DNA of 63,538 bases, filler included, from Hyphochytrium catenoides (GCA_900088475.1; 10 parts of 10 records of this genome joined end to end with filler, not necessarily neighbours in it), one strand, 5' to 3'; shown: positions 12,786-25,840, counted from the first letter of the whole stretch. Notes: generated by a model not told the origin, from the letters alone. Program-made: numbers and translations.

Positions 12786-15137
12786 TTAGACCTGTCCATT
12801 GTTGGGTCCTGAAGTCCAGATATCCTCCTTATAACGGCGAGAGACAAGCTTTAGATCACGGATGAATACCTCAGCCGCTGCCGCCTCCATTCCCCCGTGC
12901 TTACGAGCAATCTCTACAAAGGTCTTTGTCACTGCGGGCGCCATCTGTCCTGCATCACCACAGACAAGGATATGCGCCGCCTTCTTCTCTATCAGCTCCC
13001 AGAGGTAAGCTCCATCTTCTTTCAAGAGGTCTTGGACGTACGTCTTAGGCAAAGAAGGCGAACGAGAGAAAGCTACCCGCAGAAGAGAGAGTGTTCCATT
13101 AGCTTGATAGGCCTCCAACTCCTCTTTGTACAGAAAATCATGATCCTCGCGTCGGCAGCCAAAGTATAGAACAGTAGGGGCAAGGTTAGCATCACTAGCG
13201 GAAGATGTGGCGCTACCAGGAGAAGCACTAAGGTTCTGTAGGCGGTTTCTCTCGCTATCCCTGTATTGAAGAAAGCCCCGCATAGGCGAGATGCCAGTAC
13301 CAGGGCCGATCATAATGAGCGGGGTGCCGCAGTCTGGAGCTCTGAAGGAAGCCCCCGTATCTCTAACGTAACCTCTGACTTCCTGATTGGGTTGGCAGCG
13401 CGAGAGGAAGTGCGAACAAAGACCATGGAACTCCTTTCTCTCGGTCAGGATTCCATTGAGAGTACTAAGAAGGCTTGTGCTACCTACACTCTCGAGGAGC
13501 GATGGTGGCGGTGGTACCGGCATAGGTGCTATGGCAGCATGTGAAAAAGGAGATGTGACCGCTGGGGAATGGACTAGCTCCTCGGATCGGTATACTCCTC
13601 TCCCTTGTACGGCGGAGAGTGGCAATATCTTCGTATGCACCGCTGCCGTGATTGAGCACTGCTGTAGGTTGCTGTCGGGGGCAGAGGAGATGGAGTAGAA
13701 GCGCGACTTCATAGGCGGGAGAAGATCGAGGATGAGGGTCAAGCTAGCTTCAATACTAGGAAAGAGCAGAAGAAGGTGCGCTGCAGATAGACATTGACTG
13801 CTGATTTCAGCTTCAAATCTCTCCGGATTATCATGCAGCAGCTGCAGTGCCTCTTTCTCTGTCTTTTCAAAAGCTCTGCTGATCAGGGCGACTAGTTGTC
13901 GCTTGGTCACTGCAGAGGACAGCTCCACACAGCGTGTGAGAAGGTGATCGACAGTTATCTTCTTACCAAGGAGTGACATGTACGGGGCGAGAGAGGAGTC
14001 ATTTGCTTCTGTCTCACTCTGCTCTCCAAGCCGGCTGATGATGCAAGCATCTGTCTTGCTGACTCCAAGCCGCTGGCACAATAGTTGCACCAATGCAGGG
14101 TCATTCTCAGGATAGATGGCGAGATGATCTCCTGGCTGATAGGTGAGAGAAGGGGCGAGAGCAAACTGGATGTGCCGAGTCTGTCTCTCTGAATCTGAAG
14201 ATTGAATGTTCCGGTTGCTAAGAATAGTTAGTGCTACACTGGAGCTGGAGTGAGGCAGTGGTTGATGAAAGTTCTTGGCCTTGTCTATCTCGTCCTCAGT
14301 CTCTTCCCCTCCTGACGGGCATATCTCTATGGCTAGCGTGGGGGAGTACCGTCCCTCTCCATCATTGCCCACGCCTGTCTTTCTCTGGTTCTTATTCTTC
14401 TCCTTCTTTATTATTTGTACAGCGGCGGCCTTGTCTGTCGCTCCCTCCTTCAAACCATCAGATGCCAACCGTCTCAATCTCTCTACCACCTTCTGGGTCC
14501 ATGCATCAAAGGCACCTTCTATTGCCTTTGTACCTCCATTCACATTTATCTCTCCACGCTCAAGGAGTCGGGAAGCGCCTAAGCCTATCATTCCTTCGTC
14601 CACGAGCGTAGGGAAGCGTTGGTAGGTTGGAAACCAGTCTGTGTCTCCTTGACCTAACACTGCATAGTTGATATCAGAGAATAGAGGAGGCGAACGCTGC
14701 CTCTCTTTCTCAAGAAGAGATGCAAACTTCAAGGCGTTGTCTGGGGGAAAGCCATTATAGGAAGGCGTGATGATGATGACGCAGGAGCTGCTTCCTCGAG
14801 GAAGAGTGTTGGACGAAGAGGACGAAGAAGTGGTGGGCAGCCGATCATTGCTTTTCTGAACATCTTCTTCCTTCTTGACCTGTTGCTCTTCTTCTTCCAC
14901 CCTCTGGGCTATCTCGTCTAGAGTCTTTATGCCCTTGACTCGACAACCACGCGCACCTAGTACCTCGGCCAACCGGCGTGCTAGCTCCTCACTGCTGCCC
15001 ATATTTGAGCCGAAAAGAATGAGCACGTCAAGAGGAGAAGGGAAAGGCTCATTGAAGGAAAGCGGAGGCGACGGTCCTATAGCCGTAGGACCGTTTTTGG
15101 GAGGAAGAGGAGAGAGTTTGGACGCTTTGCTGCCCAT
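12786..15137 (-). CDS. Stand-alone diflavin (FMN/FAD/NADPH) reductase resembling the CYP102A1/CYP505 reductase domain; intronless
   Basis: FGSNMG, SYNGFPPDNA, RFYSISS, MIGPGTGISPMRGF, YFGCR, YVQD, VCGD, RYKEDIW motifs; first ATG at 15137 gives MGSKASK. Confidence 0.92.
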   Translation of the reverse strand: MGSKASKLSPLPPKNGPTAIGPSPPLSFNEPFPSPLDVLILFGSNMGSSEELARRLAEVLGARGCRVKGIKTLDEIAQRVEEEEQQVKKEEDVQKSNDRLPTTSSSSSSNTLPRGSSSCVIIITPSYNGFPPDNALKFASLLEKERQRSPPLFSDINYAVLGQGDTDWFPTYQRFPTLVDEGMIGLGASRLLERGEINVNGGTKAIEGAFDAWTQKVVERLRRLASDGLKEGATDKAAAVQIIKKEKNKNQRKTGVGNDGEGRYSPTLAIEICPSGGEETEDEIDKAKNFHQPLPHSSSSVALTILSNRNIQSSDSERQTRHIQFALAPSLTYQPGDHLAIYPENDPALVQLLCQRLGVSKTDACIISRLGEQSETEANDSSLAPYMSLLGKKITVDHLLTRCVELSSAVTKRQLVALISRAFEKTEKEALQLLHDNPERFEAEISSQCLSAAHLLLLFPSIEASLTLILDLLPPMKSRFYSISSAPDSNLQQCSITAAVHTKILPLSAVQGRGVYRSEELVHSPAVTSPFSHAAIAPMPVPPPPSLLESVGSTSLLSTLNGILTERKEFHGLCSHFLSRCQPNQEVRGYVRDTGASFRAPDCGTPLIMIGPGTGISPMRGFLQYRDSERNRLQNLSASPGSATSSASDANLAPTVLYFGCRREDHDFLYKEELEAYQANGTLSLLRVAFSRSPSLPKTYVQDLLKEDGAYLWELIEKKAAHILVCGDAGQMAPAVTKTFVEIARKHGGMEAAAAEVFIRDLKLVSRRYKEDIWTSGPNNGQV

Positions 15138-16369
15138 CCTCAATTACAGAGCTACGTGTTAACTGCAGCACCAGAGTCTCAATGTCTTTCTTTGACTTCC
15201 GATGACTGAGACCAACGCTGCTTAGTGCTAGCTTCGTAAGACCACTGTCTCAGGTCAGCGGGGAAGATAGAACAACAGATGCAAAGAAGAATGACGACAG
15301 GAAGGCTTGGCGACAGTGCCTGACCCTGGCCTTGTTCTGTTAATGAAGCCACCGCTGTTGCGCCTTACTGCTGCCAGTCCCGGTTGCAGGTCTGCTCTTA
15401 AATAAAGTGGCGCTTCTAGTCCTCTGTACAGTGGCCTAGTCTTGAGAACCTTAGGGCCCAGGGCAGATTTACTTTATGAGTAATACGGTTGTCTTAGAGA
15501 GAGCTTGTTGGTTGCGACCCGCCATCAGCGCACAAAGACGGAGTCATGGGCTCTCCGTCCTCTCTTTCTCTCTTTCCTCCCGCATTTTCTCTCTATTTCG
15601 CGCCTTTCCTTTCTCTCTCTCTCTCTTCCGCTCTCCCCTTTCTAAGAGAACATTTCTGCAGCCACTCTCCTCTACGAGGGTGACGGCAGCCTATAATCTA
15701 AGTGCTGCCTGGAGGAGACGAGCCACCCTGCTGCGCGAGACCTGCTGCTTGTTTGGATAAGAGTGGTAAGAAGAGGCCCCACACTCGCCTTAGTCCTGCT
15801 GTTGCCCTACGGCATCACGTCTGCTTTCCGACTTTCACCAGACTCTCGGCACTTGATTGTTCACCTCCCACTCCGCCGTTCCGTGCTGGATGGAGGACTT
15901 CCGCTCTCTCTCTCTCTCTCTGTCCACCATCAAACACCTTGATCCTCCTGTGGCCGCGCCTATATTATCATCATCATCAAGGCGTCTCGCGTTCTGTGTC
16001 TGTATCTTTCTTTCTATCTCCCTTCTCCCTCCGTTCCTGTCTCCTCGCTTTCTCTGTTACCCTTGAGTTGCGAGACAGAGTTAGCTGTGCATCGCTCCAC
16101 CCAAGGCCCCAGCCCTGGAGTAGTGCACTCAGGTTGTGGATAAAGACCATGCTGGCCGCTTCTGATTTGTAACCCCCAAGAAAGCTTCAATGAAAAGAAG
16201 CAATTTTGCAGTCCCTTTGCTACTTCGATAAGAAGAAAGCTTCTGATGGAATAATTTACATTGAAAGATTGAGTTCTTTGCGTTATGGGGCACCCTCTTC
16301 GTATCCCCCTCTTCATCCCTCCTCCTCCTGCTCCACCCTTATCTCTCGCTCTCGCTCTCACTCTTGTCT

Positions 16370-16850
16370 CCCTCTCTTTCTCATTCTCATTCTCTCACAC
16401 TCTTTCCTTTCTCTTTCTCTTTCTCTCTGTCTCTCTGTCCTTCAATCTCTCTGTCTCTGTGTGTCTCTTCTCTCTCTCTTTCTCATTCTCTTTCTTAACA
16501 CTCTTTTCTTTTCTCTGTTCTTTCCTCTCTGTCTCTCCGTCCTTCAGTCTCTCTGTCTCTCTCTCTGTGTCTCTTCTCTCTCTCTTTCTCATTCTCTCAC
16601 TCACTCTTTCCTTTCTCTTTTTCTCTCTCTCTGTCTCTCTGTCCTTCAGACTCTCTGTCTCTCTATCTCTCTGTGTGTGTGTCTCTCTCTCTTTCCTCTC
16701 TTTCTCATTCTCTCACACTCTTTCCTTTCTCTTTTTCTTTCTCTCTGTCTCTCTGTCCTTCAGTCTCTCTGTTTCTCTCTCCCTCTTTCTGTGTCTCTTC
16801 TCTCTCTCTTTTTCATTCTCTCACACTCTTTCCTTTCTCTTTTCTTTCTC
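16370..16850. repeat. CT-rich minisatellite, about four degenerate copies of a roughly 115-bp unit
   Basis: Recurring block TTCTCATTCTCTCACACTCTTTCCTTTCTC...CTGTCCTTCAGTCTCTCTG. Confidence 0.7.
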
Positions 16851-16852
16851 GT

Positions 16853-16888
<36 letters not shown>

Positions 16889-18333
16889 TCTCACTCTTTC
16901 GCTTTCATACTTCTACCTCTCTCTCTCTCTCTACCTCCTCCCTCTCTTTCTCCCTAGGAACTCGTCCCCTCTCCGTCATCCCTCCTCTCTCACGTCCTCG
17001 AATATTTATGCCATGTACCTTAGGGGTGAGCTTCGTTCACTCATCACCCTCTTCAAGCATCAAACCAACAAAGGCAGGAACCGCATCATCTACGTCTCTT
17101 TCTGCGGCGATCCTGGCTAGGCTAGCTCCTCATTCCCTCGCTCCTGTCAATCTAAGGCTTAGTTTCTCCTGCCCTGGGTTCTTCAACCTTGTCGTCGTTT
17201 GGCCGAGTGCTAAGGATATCAGCATGGTGCTGAGACTCAGCAAGCGGACCGGTTCATGGTGCTGGAGAAGACGGATCCCAGTGAAGGTGTGATGCCCTTT
17301 TGTCTCTTCTTGGCGCTGCAAGTCTCCTTGATACACGCATCTCTTCAATGGCTAGCCACACACAAAGATGATGCGCTTTAGCTTTTTCTTAGACATAACA
17401 CTCCTTCTCCTCAGCATTTATTTTCCTTGCCGTGCTTCTCATTGTTGAACTGATATATGATCACCCTGAGGAGCGAGAATCTATGCTTTCTTAGGTACTC
17501 CGACTACGCTTTAGATGAAAGAGGAGTCTTTTGTCTAGGGCAATGCTCATTAGCCCTTATTTGTTTCACTTATGCTTCCTTCCTCTCTCTCTCTCTCTCT
17601 CTTTTCCTTCTTTGCTTCTTGCTCTCGTTCTAGCATTAGTGTCACACTAATATATTGGCCTCTCACGTTATCCTTATGAGCACGACGATAGAAAGAGAGG
17701 AAGTTCACCATGCAGAACAGAATAAGGGGTAACAGTTAGACAATCTTTCAGATAGCCAGCCAGCAGAGGTGAGAGCCCAGCTGCTGGACTACCGGACCTT
17801 TCCTTGGCAGCGCCTTGCAGAGGTGTCTGACTATGGGAGGCTGCCTCTTGACTACGTGCTCTCTTCTTTCATCTGGTCTCAAACAATAGCATACTCATGA
17901 CGGGTAACTGCTACTAATTTGGCGAGAGATATGGAAAGCCGTAAGGCAGCAATTGCGGGAAGGTGCCGTATCCGTGGCCGTAATATGACATGCCAACGGC
18001 GCGTGGGGTTCTTTCTTGGCTTCTTTCTTCACTTCATCACCTCACACAGCCGTCACTCAAGGCATGACATGACGAAGGACTGGAAAGGCCTCAAACTTAA
18101 TCTTATGTAGCTTATAATAACCTGCCTTACTTTTGGTCTATTCGTTGGTGCTCAGATCAGAGTATCGTCCTCCTCTAACGGCGCCTCCACCTCCTCTAAT
18201 ATATACATGTTATGCTGGAAGTGTAAACTAAACAATCAATCTCATGCCCGGACGGTGTTGACCAGCAGCAGAAGCTCAGAGCCATTGACAGTAAACATAA
18301 ACTTGAGCGTCGTTTGGCTCTTACACCTTTGCT

Positions 18334-19050
18334 CTATTGCATACTAGCAAACATAGCCGATGCTACAGAACAAACTAGAAGAGTCGCAGCATAGACTGCA
18401 TCCACTCGACCAGCTCTCGATTCCACGGGATCGGCATTAACAGTGTCACCAGGTGGCTTCTCAGCTGTCTGTGGTGTCTCAGGCTTGGTAGTCTGGTTGC
18501 CAGATCCCCCGGAACTGACTATGATGGTGCTACTGTTGGTCGGGCCACTGACAATAGCTCCACTTCCAACGCTACCTGGGCCGAACGGCTGCCCAACCGT
18601 TGCCCCCCCTCCGACAACGCTGCCCTGGTTGTTGCTAGCACTGCTGCCGCTGCTGCTGCCGGCTGCAGCACCACTGTTGCCCCTGCAAGCAAAGGAGAGA
18701 CAGGATACAGACTGGCCAAAATCCCCAGGAGTCTGTGTGCACAGGTTAATCTGCTGAGGATTGCAATCTTTGAAGCACTTTTGGAAGCAATTGCCACTAT
18801 TAGGATTGTTGCATTCAGTCTGGATCTCCTTGTACGTGCAGGGACTCTCTTGTATGACTTTGCAGTCGTTGCACACACTGAAAGGATTAGAAGGATTCTG
18901 CACCATCGCCCCACTGAGGACCGCCTGCTGGATGCAACTCTGCAGACTACCTCCAAAGCACTGCTGAGATGCGGCCGGAGCAAGGTTCATGCCACATATG
19001 GCGGCTGCCGCTAGGCTGAGGCTAAGTGCACGAGTCAGGTATAAGGTCAT
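18334..19050 (-). CDS. Secreted, probably GPI-anchored Cys-rich surface protein (238 aa, single exon)
   Basis: N-terminal signal peptide, Cys-rich ectodomain, Ser/Gly/Pro-rich stalk, hydrophobic C-terminus with no cytoplasmic tail. Confidence 0.8.
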   Translation of the reverse strand: MTLYLTRALSLSLAAAAICGMNLAPAASQQCFGGSLQSCIQQAVLSGAMVQNPSNPFSVCNDCKVIQESPCTYKEIQTECNNPNSGNCFQKCFKDCNPQQINLCTQTPGDFGQSVSCLSFACRGNSGAAAGSSSGSSASNNQGSVVGGGATVGQPFGPGSVGSGAIVSGPTNSSTIIVSSGGSGNQTTKPETPQTAEKPPGDTVNADPVESRAGRVDAVYAATLLVCSVASAMFASMQ

Positions 19051-21200
19051 GCTTGCACCTTGAGCTTGATCACGTTGCGTGGAATGCCTTTGTCTGCTTT
19101 GTTCCTACGCTGATGTTACTTCCCTGCTACTCTTGAATGGAGAAATTCAATCTCGGCAAGAACTCTTTCTGTCGGTAAAGGGAAATCGCAGACTGAGAGC
19201 GAGAAAGAAGAAGAGGCATGAGAAAGAAGGGGCAAGATGGGGCGACGTTGTGTTCGGAAGCGCGGGCATTTCCACATGCATCGTCTTCTGATGATGATAG
19301 CCTATTAGGCTATCCCGATCTCATCATAGGCCGAGAGCAAGTCCACGCCAGAGAGTACAGATCAGGCTTGAAGTGTGTACGGTCTATTGCTGTTCTTAGT
19401 ACTTCTTAGTCGCTTCTCTGTTCTCTCTTATGCCTTCTTCTCAAGCACGACCCACATACCACGTTGACACTTCTTCGCTAGGTAATAAGAGAGATATTAG
19501 CGAGAGCCAGTCTCAAGGTTATACCTCTGGCACCGTTAAGGTTAGTTCAGTCTGATAAGGCCAACACACTGATGACTAGAACTACTTCCCGCTATATGAG
19601 AAAGGAGAAACTACTCCTGTCTCTTCCTTCCCTTGCTCCACCTAAACCTGTGCCTCCGCTCCGCCTCTTGGCCTTGTTCAAACCCTTGAACCAAGGCTCC
19701 TCAAGGATGAAGAGCCTCTTCATCCTCCGCCGCCTCCCAAGCCGGTCTCTATTCTCTGTCTCTATCTCTGTCTCTCTCAAGCAACCACTAAACAGATGAC
19801 ACTTCTGCTACTCCATATAGTACAGCGTAACGTTAAAGCGCACTTCACGACAAAGTGGTCAGTCAGATAGGCGAAATATAAATAAAACTGGTAGATCTTG
19901 CGCACCATATGAATGATAAAAGGTGCGCTCTACCTCTTCGCTCTTCGCCCTTATCGGTCTGTACCTTGTGCTGTGGATGTGGAAGAGCAGCCGTAATCTT
20001 CGTAGAAGGTTGTCGCGTTGTCGCCCGCCCGCCCGCCCGCCCGCCGGTCAGGTCAACGCTGCAGCTTGTACGAGCCGTCTAGAGCTGCCTCTGTAGCGCA
20101 GAAGCTCAGCAGCGGTGATGGCCACAGGACGTTTGAGAGGTCAGTAGCCTGTGACCTGTGACCATGAACAGAACCGTAACCTTACTAGCTAACCTGCCAA
20201 GCTAAGAAGTAACGCACCATCTAAGAGCTCCTAGCTGTGCACGTGCCTCCGTAGCGCAGCGGCTTGGGCGCCCTAGTGATATGTTGGCTGATGGGGTTCA
20301 GGAGACGCCACTATCAGCTGTGCAGTGGTCACCGTTGTGTTATCCTATGAGTGCCATGAAGTATGACGTATTTGTGAATGTACCTAGCAGCTCTAGAAGG
20401 AGTACCTAGTAGTGCAGCTCGAAGTGCCGAGCCCAACGTTGGAAAGAGGCTGAGCGCAAGACATTAAATGGTCTTCCAGTTCATGTTCTTGCAGGTCTCC
20501 TTGGCGATGGGCTGCTTTGGGCGTAGGCACTTTATATATGGATGCAGGGTGCAGCTGCTACTACTGTCCTTAAAGCTCCTTGCTAACAGCCGAGCTCTCT
20601 CTTACTTTGTCCACTTGTAACGTCCCTCAGTCTTCCTTGCGCAATCCCAACCACAATCCAAAACTAATGGACGATGTCATTCAGCCAAGCAGCTATCTTA
20701 CCAGCAGCACCAAGCAGTTTACACTAATCCTATCAAACCTATCTTGTCGCTTCGTTCTCACTCCTTCTACACCATCGACGTGTTAGAGCTAAACCTTACA
20801 AGGCGTCAGGACATGACAAACCTTGGTAACCATGGTGACAGAGTTTGAGTCTGGGTCAAGAAGACATGTTCGTTGCTAGTTATATATTTTGGCGGACGGG
20901 AGAAAAAGAAAGAGAGAGCATGTATGTACATATTACCAGGACCTAATGTGATAATAACAGCCTATGCGCTAGCCATTGCTCCTGAGGTGATGAGGACATA
21001 GTTTCTCTTCTTCCTTACCGTTGGCCAGCCTGAGCTACTGGGTGTTAGAGGTGGATAAGAGAGAGGTGAAGCTCAAAGGAGTACCATATAATAAATGATC
21101 AAAGCCTGTTCCTTTTATAAAGAGGGCAATGGAACAAACTGATCTCCGAGAAAGAGGGAGAGAAAGAAGAGATACATTTTCTTGCATTTCGTTCATTGCC

Positions 21201-23219
21201 TCATCGTGTCGGTCTGCTATAGATACAGATCGGCCTCGTGTCATGGGAAGATTCAGATATACGCATCTCGGAAGGAATGAAGTCGCCAGCATAGGACGAA
21301 GAGTCACTGAGCCGTCCCTCACCTGCGCGCTGTAGATCCAGAGAGTAGGTTGACAGGCCACTCTTATCGTGGAGAATGGTAGTGGTAGGAGTCATTCTCC
21401 CTGCTTCTTTCCCATCCTCACCTTCGTGAGAAGTGGAAGAGGAAGAAGGAATCTTCCAAAAAGCCCACATTGACAGAAAGAGAACCACTAGCTGGGAGAT
21501 GCCAAATATCTCATCGTCAAAATGGACAGGACAACCTCCCTTTCCGCTGTCTTCCCCCCTCTCTCTCCGCAGCATGCAGAGACTATAAGCTTGCCAAGCC
21601 AACTCGTAGGAGCCTCGAGTGAAAGTCTGAATGGCGATGAACGCCTGGAAAGCCGTCGTAAGAACAAAGGCCGTGCAGAAGAGCACCAGCATCTTTGTTA
21701 TCTTAGGCAGAGCTCGCCACTTTCTCACAGGTGAGGGACAAAAGCGCTCAGCTATTTTTGGTTCCATAGCCTTCTTCAGGTTGATTCCGAACTCGATGTC
21801 AACGGTGCTTGCACGAGATATGGTGTCAGGCGTCGGCGTAGAAGCCAAAGACTGTGACGGTGAAAGAGAAGAAGCGAGAAGACGCTTGTTGAGCACCACT
21901 CCGCTGTAGAAGAAGTAAGAGGTGCCTACTCCTCCCAGCACTGGCGGGAATAGTGAGGAAAAGGATGGCGAGAGAGAAATGAAAGGGCAGTGCGGAACGG
22001 ACGCCCCGAGGAGAAAGGAGAGGGCAAGAGAGAGAGAGAGAGAATGAGACAGCCAGTGGGGACGGGAACATACAGGGAGAGAAGGGACATGGTGAGGCAC
22101 AAGGTCCAAACTAGTAGACGATACTCTAATAGCTCTCTTCTCCGCACTTCTTGGCCTCTTCTCGCTATTGAGATCTCTTGTCTGTCTCTCGTATCCTCTC
22201 TTCCCTGCAAAAGATTGGATGGTACCAGAGCATTTGGCCCATGGACTTCTACCTTCTCTTCCCTTCAAACCTCTGCGCGCTCTCCCTCTCTTTCGATATC
22301 ATCGCTTTTCCCTTACCTACTAAGAGCAGGAACTGCATGGCAATATACTTGTGCACATCGTACTTCTGCACCGGCTCTCCCGATATCTTGAACGCAGTGA
22401 CCAACAGGACACTCCACGTGGAAGTGAGAAGAAGAGTCCCTACCATCTTCAGGCCGAGAGGGAGTTGCCAGCTTGCTCCATAGGAGGAGAGAAGAGAGCC
22501 CCACACAAGGGCGATGGTGTAGCTGTACGAGAAGAAAAGGGTGAGGCCGTGTAAAGACAGAGGGAGAGAGAAGAAGGGGTAAGCTAAAAGGAAAAGAGAG
22601 AGTGACAAAGAAATCAAAGATAGCGACAAAGGGAGAGAGAATATGGAGATGGGGAGGGACCTTGACTGTCAAAGGAGAGGGAAGACGGAGACAGTCGCGA
22701 TAGTGACCATCATCGACAGAGGCCAGATAGGATAACAACCAGGAAGGTCGATCATTCGCATTGTCTCAAAGAAAGAGAGGAGAGAAAAAGAGAGAAGAGC
22801 GGGGGGGAAGGCGAGGCGAGGGAGACAAGGAGGCGGAGACGAGAGCAAGACATGGCCATGTTCACCGTCCTACCATATGCTATATAACCCAGCAGAGGCT
22901 GTGGCCCAAGCGATCTGGTTCACCAGCATATTCACGCCGCCTCCATAGCCATTTGGATCAGCACCTCTCACAAGGAACGTGACAGCGACAAGAGAGAGAA
23001 AGGGAAAGACCACTTTCTGCAGAGACGTCCCTCTCTTCACGACAGAGAAGAGGTGAGCCGAAGAGGCAGCCACGCCGATGATTCCTGCGAGCATGTAGAC
23101 TATCCGCCAGAAGGCGTAGCGGTAGCCAAGCACGGAAGCGAAGGTGGACGAGCAGTCCGTCGCTATACGAGAAAGAGAGGAAAGAGGCACAGACGCAATA
23201 ATGAGTGTGTGTGTGCGAA

Positions 23220-23261
<42 letters not shown>

Positions 23262-23435
23262 GAAGGGTCAGGCTGTTAAGCAATAGGGGTAGGGTAGTGA
23301 GGAGGAAGCATAGCAAGAGAAGAACAGAAGTGGACTTCGGCCAAGGCTTACACTGCCATTGAGATACGAGAGCGAGAGGATGTACTTACAGACATAGGGA
23401 AAATCACACGGTATATCTCCGTAGGAGACGGTCAT
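21201..23435 (-). CDS. Seven-transmembrane GPCR-like protein (TOM1/THH1/GPR137-like topology). Exons 23435-23390, 23162-22874, 22522-22317, 21940-21201 (426 aa)
   Basis: Phase-consistent splicing gives seven hydrophobic segments, an R..DPNGYGG loop after TM2, a long third cytoplasmic loop ending KITK and a Ser-rich tail. Confidence 0.75.
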
Positions 23436-24863
23436 CTTTGCCCTTGCTCAGTAGAGAGAGAGATAGAAAAGAAAGAGACAAGAAAGAAAGAACTGGAGCG
23501 AGAGAGAAAGAGAGCCCTGAGAAAGGGCCAAACAGAGAGGAAGGACAAGGTATAGTGCACAAGCGCTAGGCTGAATAGTGAACTCTGTCTTCAAATCTGG
23601 TGACCCAGAGCAGAGATCACAACGCGTTCAAGGCTTATAAACAGTTTTGAGAGGTACTCTGCATGCGGCATCAGGGGAGAGAGAGAGAGAGAGAAAAGAG
23701 AGAGAGAGAGAGAGTCAGGTGAGCTAAGGCTGCGCGGCAAGCGGCACTGGTGGGGGCGACGACCAATCCTTTAAGCAGCAAATGGAGCTGTGACAGAGTC
23801 AACCAACAAGGTGGGAAGAGAAGAGAGAGGGCGATGGCCAAAGAAAGAGAGAGGTCTAAGTGCAACCACAGTGGTAGACTGCCACTGCAGGCATTCTGTT
23901 TTGCGACCCATCGCCTTCGATATAGAAAGACAGAGGGCAGAAGAGCCAGAGAGGTATAGGGAGTTAGAGAGCTGGAGAGAGAGAGAGAGAGAGCACAGGG
24001 AGGAGAAGGAAGAAGTGCAGAGAAAGCCAGAAAGGAAGAGAAAGGGAAAGAAGCACTGGAGCCATGTTACATATATTGGAGATGAATGATGCGGAGGCCG
24101 CCATGAGTTGACTATCCTCTCCCTCCATGTCCACTATCCTCTCTCTCTGTCTCTCCATCCCTTCTCATCTCTCCTCTCTCTCTCTTCTTTCGTTTCTTGC
24201 TTGGCCTTCCCCTTCTTGATGGTCGAATCACTTCTTGCTTTGTACGAGGCTGTGCTACTCTTCCTCGCTTGTTGCTGGTGATGGTTCCCAGATGAAGAGG
24301 TGGGAAAAAAATCTTTTGGTCGTGTTCAGAGCAGACCCGGAGGAGGACAGGAGGACAGACCGAGGGAAGAGAGAAGAAAGAAGAGATCAGAGAGAGAGGG
24401 GGGGAGATCAGAGAGAGAGAGAGACGGAGAGAGAGAGAGGGAGAGANNNNNNNNNNNNNNNNNNNNNNNNNNNNAGAGAGAGAGAGAGAGGTTTAGGAAG
24501 ATCATGTCCCTCCCCGGCTGCAGCTGCTGTCTGTCTGCTGCTGAGTGGAACAGGCCAAACACGGCCAATGAAAAGACCGCAAACCCATATATAGTAACAA
24601 ACTCACCGCCTAAAGTACATAGATATTACACTACAGACGCATCATCTTCTTCACACACACTATTATTGGGATACTGTCTCCACTTTCCAAGGTAGAAAGG
24701 CCTAGGTCCAAACGCAGAGAGCATCAAACTCACTCCTCTATTTTGTCTCATACTAACCCCCAAAACTCAGACATTAAATCAAACACAGACCTAGACGGAG
24801 GTTGTCGCTTGGGTCGGACAACTCCCGAATTGCCTTGATCTCTTTCTTCTCTTTCTCTATCAC

Positions 24864-24915
<52 letters not shown>

Positions 24916-25840
24916 CCCGCCATCATTCAGCACCAAGGTTCTGAACGGCGTACCTACACTTCCCGCCTGACAGAGGGAAACAAGAGGAGTAATAGGAGTA
25001 AAAGACACTGGTTAGGGAAGAGAGAGAGACAGAGAGAGAGAGAGAGGATTGTTAAGTATGAGGAAAGACAGAGAGGTCAACTTCGGATAGACCCACTGCC
25101 TCACATCATGAAGAATGGCGAGTGTTGCAGATGGGGAAAGTGCCGAAGGTTGCGGAGAAGCCAAAAGAGAACTAGCCACGTCTCCTCTGTCATGTCTCGT
25201 CACATTTGACCTCGTAGAGAGAACTGGGAGAAAAGAGGGGATGAAAGAGAGAGAAGAGAGAGAGAGGAAAAGAGAGAGAAAGAAGAGGGGAGAGAGGAAG
25301 CAATAAGAGAGCTTGTAAACAGCACGCTTGAAGAGAGGAAGAGGATGTTGAAGTTGCCTTTGCAAACGCCTCACCGGCGTTAGAAGATGTGTTGAATGTA
25401 AAAAGAACGAGGTAGATTACTGCTTCTAGTCATTGCTCTCATCTCTTCTCTCTCCTCCGACCATCATAGCGCTAAGCTAATAATCAAACCAAGGTCTTTC
25501 TCTCTCTTTAAGTCCGTTGGCACTTCACTTCTCTTTCCGCTCTCTCTCCCTCTCTGACATACTTTTGTTTTTCGATTTGCAGCTCTTCGTTCCCTCTCCT
25601 GCTTGCTCTTCCTTTCTTTCCCGTACGTTCTAGCCCTTCTTCTCCCGCTTCCTAGTGCTGACTTTCCCGTCTAGCGCTTCTTTTCTCTCTCTTTCTCTTT
25701 CTCTTTCCACTCTGGCGTCTGTTGCCGTTACCTCGTGGCATGGCGAGTTCTGCGTCAGAAAGTCGCGTCGGCAGTGGGCTAAGGAACAGAGACCCTGCTG
25801 TTGTCCGGCATACTTTGGATCTGGTCGCTTGTTCTCTTCT

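Noticed and set aside
16206-17292. Long SL- or ER-rich ORFs here and throughout the ORF track as proteins
   Set aside because: (CT)n/(GA)n tracts contain no stop codons; most lie in introns or antisense to real genes
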